Notes under the pieces: model-generated
The model's database searches: none
Seen by the model: only the letters and a program-made list of their open reading frames with translations
What the model was told of the DNA's origin: nothing
Assembly: GCA_963789955.1 (NCBI GenBank)
Contig: CAWBMV010000036.1
Location: 64,001 to 128,000 of the forward strand
Length of the DNA stretch: 64,000 nt
Direction: 5' to 3'
Source of the DNA: an uncultured Candidatus Rokubacteria bacterium
GTDB lineage: Bacteria; Methylomirabilota; Methylomirabilia; Rokubacteriales; CSP1-6
In this document: in pieces, positions 60,893-64,000 of the stretch
Position numbering within the stretch: the first letter of the stretch is position 1
Layout of the letters: every line of letters starts with the position of its first letter
Program-made: the position numbers and the translations under genes

Positions 60893-62716
60893 TTGCGACA
60901 AGCTATCGCACGTCGACTGAGCCTCATCGGCTTCGCACTGGCGGCCGTCCTGCTCGTCATCGCGGGCGGGGCCGCCTGCGATCGTCTGGCGGAGCTCCGC
61001 CAGGCCAACCGCTGGGTCGAGCACACGCTGACGGTTCAAGCGGGCCTGGCCCAGGTCCTCTCGCTCCTCAGCGACGCCGAGACGGGGCAACGAGGCTTCC
61101 TCCTCACCGGCCAGTCGACGTACCTCGAGCCCTACGACGCCGCGCGCATCCGCCTCCCGCAAGAGCTCGAGCAGCTCCGTCGGCTGACCCGTGACAATCC
61201 CAGCCAGCAAGAACGCATCGCGGCGCTCGAGAAGTTGAGCCAGCAGAAGCTAGCCGAGCTGAGCGCGACCATCACGGCGCGCGCGAGTCGGCGTCCCGGC
61301 GAAGCTGCGCGCATCGTGCTCAGCGGTGAAGGCAAGCGGACGATGGACGAGATCCGCGCTGTTGTGGTCTCGATGCACGCCGAAGAAGGGCGACTCCTGA
61401 CGGAGCGCACCGAAGTGCAAGCGCAACACGGCCGGCACGCCATCCTGGCGATCCTCAGCAGCCTGGCGCTCGCGCTCGTGATCGTGGCGGCGGCCGTCCT
61501 CACCCTGAGCAAGGTGGAGCGCGAGCGGGATCGCGAGCGCGCGGCCAGGACGACGGCCGAGGAGGTGGCGGCGGCGATCGCCCTCTCCGAGGAGCGCCTC
61601 AAGGTCACCCTTGCGAGCATCGGCGACGGGGTGCTGGCCACCGATACTCAGGGGCGCATCACCCTGCTGAATGGCGTGGCCGAGGCGTTGACGGGATGGA
61701 CCGAGGCCGAGGCCGTCGGGCGCGGAGTCGAAGAAGTCCTCGTCATCGTCAACGAAGAGTCGCGCCGGCCCGCCGAGCAGCCGATCGCTCGAGTGCTCCG
61801 CGACGGCATGGTCGCCGGCCTGGCGAACCACACGGTCCTCATAGCGAGGGACGGGCGCGAGACCCCGGTCGACGACAGCGCGGCGCCGATCAAAGGGAAG
61901 GATCAGCGCATCGTCGGCGTGGTCATGGTGTTTCGTGACATCACGGGGCGCAAGCGGGCGGAGGGCTGCGAGCGCGCGGTGCGTCGTGAGGCCGAAGAGG
62001 CGAACCGCTCGAAGGACGAGTTTCTCGCGATGCTCTCCCACGAGCTGCGCACGCCGCTCAACAGCATCCTCGGATGGGCGCGCCTGCTTCGCGATGGACA
62101 GACCACCCTGAAGCAAAGGGAACGGGCGCTCCTCTCCATCGAGCGGAATGCGCAGCACCAGGCACGGCTGATCGAGGATCTCCTCGACGTGTCACGGATC
62201 GTCTCGGGCAAGCTGACGCTCGAGATCCAGCGCGTCGACCTGGCCACCGTCATCGACGCAGCCCTCGACCTGGCCCGGGCCGCCGCCGAGTCCGCGGGCG
62301 TCGAGATCGTGCTCGACCTCCATCCGTCGACTCCGCCGATGATCGGGGATCCGGCGCGCCTGCAACAGATCGTCCTGAATCTCATTTCGAACGCGGTCAA
62401 GTACACCCAGCGCGGCGGCCGGGTGGAGATTCGCCTGCACCAGGCGGACGCATCGGTCGAGCTGGTCGTGCGAGACACGGGCATCGGCATCCGCCCCGAC
62501 TTCATGCCGCATCTGTTCGATCGATTCCGACAAGACGAAGCGGGCGCGCGGGCCCAGGGCGGCCTCGGCATCGGCCTGACGATCGTCCGCCACCTCGTCG
62601 AGCGTCACGGGGGAACGATACGGGCCGCCAGCGCAGGCGAGGGACAGGGCTCGACGTTCACGGTTCGGCTGCCGATCAACCACGCACACGGCGAAGCCGC
62701 CGGGCGATCGATCTAG
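60893..62716 (+). CDS. CHASE3-PAS sensor histidine kinase
   Basis: WVEHT..DAETGQRGFLLTG..YLEPY, SIGDGV PAS, SHELRTPL, NLISNAVKYT, GLGIGL. Confidence 0.95.
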   Translation: MRQAIARRLSLIGFALAAVLLVIAGGAACDRLAELRQANRWVEHTLTVQAGLAQVLSLLSDAETGQRGFLLTGQSTYLEPYDAARIRLPQELEQLRRLTRDNPSQQERIAALEKLSQQKLAELSATITARASRRPGEAARIVLSGEGKRTMDEIRAVVVSMHAEEGRLLTERTEVQAQHGRHAILAILSSLALALVIVAAAVLTLSKVERERDRERAARTTAEEVAAAIALSEERLKVTLASIGDGVLATDTQGRITLLNGVAEALTGWTEAEAVGRGVEEVLVIVNEESRRPAEQPIARVLRDGMVAGLANHTVLIARDGRETPVDDSAAPIKGKDQRIVGVVMVFRDITGRKRAEGCERAVRREAEEANRSKDEFLAMLSHELRTPLNSILGWARLLRDGQTTLKQRERALLSIERNAQHQARLIEDLLDVSRIVSGKLTLEIQRVDLATVIDAALDLARAAAESAGVEIVLDLHPSTPPMIGDPARLQQIVLNLISNAVKYTQRGGRVEIRLHQADASVELVVRDTGIGIRPDFMPHLFDRFRQDEAGARAQGGLGIGLTIVRHLVERHGGTIRAASAGEGQGSTFTVRLPINHAHGEAAGRSI

Positions 62717-62750
62717 GAGCGGTGCGCGTCGGGCGGCCGGCCCGCCCGAG

Positions 62751-63662
62751 TCACTGGTACCGCTCGGCGCTCCAGTCGCGGGCCACGTCGATCAGGGTGG
62801 AGATGATCGTGCGGTCGCTCGCGCAGGCGACAATCCCGGGCAGGCGAAACATGTTGGCGCGTTCGTCGCGCCACATCCGGCGAAAGTCCACCGGCCGGCC
62901 GTCGTGCACCCAGAGCGCGTCGCCGCCAAATACGCGCGCGATGTGCATGCACACCGGGAAGTCGTAGACGTTCGGCGTGTGAAACAGGGCGCCGCCCAGG
63001 TAGCCGCTCGCCATCAGCGGGAAGAGGCTCCCCGGAGTGTCACCGCCCAGCACGCCGTCGAGCCCGGCGGCGCTGACGGCACGGGCGCGTTCCGCTTCGC
63101 GGCCGAGGAAGCCGCTGACGAGAATTCGCCGGCTCTCCGGACGGCGATTCAATGTGAGCGGCGGCAGGGCATCCAGCGCCGGCCGGGCCGCAACCGTGCA
63201 GTCGTCGGGCCCGAGGACAATCCGATCGTCGCGCACCTCGAGCCAGGTTCCCTCGGCGCCCTCTTCGGGCAGATAGACCAGGGAGTAGTGGATCGTCTCC
63301 GGGTTCCGCAGGTGGAGCATGACCGCGTAGCGATTGCCCGTGCGGTCGCGGTATTCGCGCGTGCCGTCGATCGGATCGATGGACAGCACCCACTCGCTCT
63401 GCTCGGCGAATCGGGCGAGGTCGCCCGAGCTTTCTTCGGCCTCGATCCGGCAGCGGCGGACGGTGGGGCCCATGTCGCGGAGTGCCGCGACCAGGATCTC
63501 CTGCACGGCCAGGTCGGCGAGCGTGAGCGCGTCGGTGTCGGCCGAGCCGGAGTGCTTGCCGCTGAGGGAGATGTCGTGGCGGCGAAGCTGCCGCGCCAGC
63601 GCGCCCGACCAGCGAACGGCGCGCGGCAGCTCCGCCGCGAGGAGTCGGATCAGCTCGTTCAC
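62751..63662 (-). CDS. inositol monophosphatase family protein
   Basis: T.AD..QE, AEE, IDPIDGT, YD motifs. Confidence 0.85.
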   Translation of the reverse strand: MNELIRLLAAELPRAVRWSGALARQLRRHDISLSGKHSGSADTDALTLADLAVQEILVAALRDMGPTVRRCRIEAEESSGDLARFAEQSEWVLSIDPIDGTREYRDRTGNRYAVMLHLRNPETIHYSLVYLPEEGAEGTWLEVRDDRIVLGPDDCTVAARPALDALPPLTLNRRPESRRILVSGFLGREAERARAVSAAGLDGVLGGDTPGSLFPLMASGYLGGALFHTPNVYDFPVCMHIARVFGGDALWVHDGRPVDFRRMWRDERANMFRLPGIVACASDRTIISTLIDVARDWSAERYQ

Positions 63663-63672
63663 GCCCGCGCGC

Positions 63673-64000
63673 TCAGGCGCGGTTGACGGCGCTCACCACC
63701 GCGCGCAGGGACGCGGTCACGATGTTGGCGTCGAGCCCGACACCCCAGCGCGTCCGACCGCCGATGCGCGCTTCGACGTAGGCGGCAGCCTTCGCGTCGG
63801 CGCCCTCGCTGAGCGCGTGCTCCGAGTAGTCGGTGAGCTCGACGACGATGCCGGCGGCGCGCAGGGCGTCGACGAACGCGTCGATCGGTCCGTTGCCGTG
63901 CCCCTTGAGCCATCGCTCGGCGCCGTTCAGGTGCACGTGCGCCTCGACGGTGGCGTCGCCGGTGTCCGACGTCGTGATCACCGGGTGTCCGATCAAGCTG
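63673..64000 (-). CDS. leuA: 2-isopropylmalate synthase, C-terminal regulatory domain (partial)
   Basis: GNGPIDAFVDAL..DYSEHAL..GADA.AAAYVE..WGVG.D.NIVTASL.AV.SAVN. Confidence 0.93.
   Translation of the reverse strand, partial: SLIGHPVITTSDTGDATVEAHVHLNGAERWLKGHGNGPIDAFVDALRAAGIVVELTDYSEHALSEGADAKAAAYVEARIGGRTRWGVGLDANIVTASLRAVVSAVNRA

Overview
A GC-rich bacterial chromosomal window. Gene style (orphan family-5 ABC binding proteins, adenylate cyclase-AAA-TPR proteins, small secreted proteins ending in CLPDTVDPR) suggests a soil Rokubacteria/Methylomirabilota-like genome; this is inference from recall, not a search result. Many genes carry 1-bp frameshifts, densest at about 29.5-39 kb, and I read these as long-read assembly indels rather than real pseudogenes. 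Core content: amidase-rph-rdgB-tRNA-Pro, a standalone infA, a tRNA-His/Arg/Lys cluster, an ECF sigma/anti-sigma pair and the leuA 3' end. Accessory content includes: (1) a tandem-domain SpeD-like pyruvoyl decarboxylase with one dead and one intact cleavage site, in an operon with a deoxyhypusine-synthase-like enzyme and no spermidine synthase in the window; (2) a roughly 5 kb integrase-less island in tRNA-Arg(TCT), bounded by a 49-bp att repeat, with an IS481 element next to the tRNA 3' end and an integrase remnant on the tRNA 5' side; (3) a 13.5 kb catabolic cluster (ABC importer, kynureninase, hydantoinase/oxoprolinase A/B, Rid proteins, aldo-keto reductases, TIGR04076-like protein); (4) a standalone A-T-TE NRPS-like enzyme lacking the amino-binding Asp and with a Cys-type thioesterase. 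Items 1, 3 and 4 are the best candidates for undescribed biochemistry. No CRISPR array or rRNA was seen.
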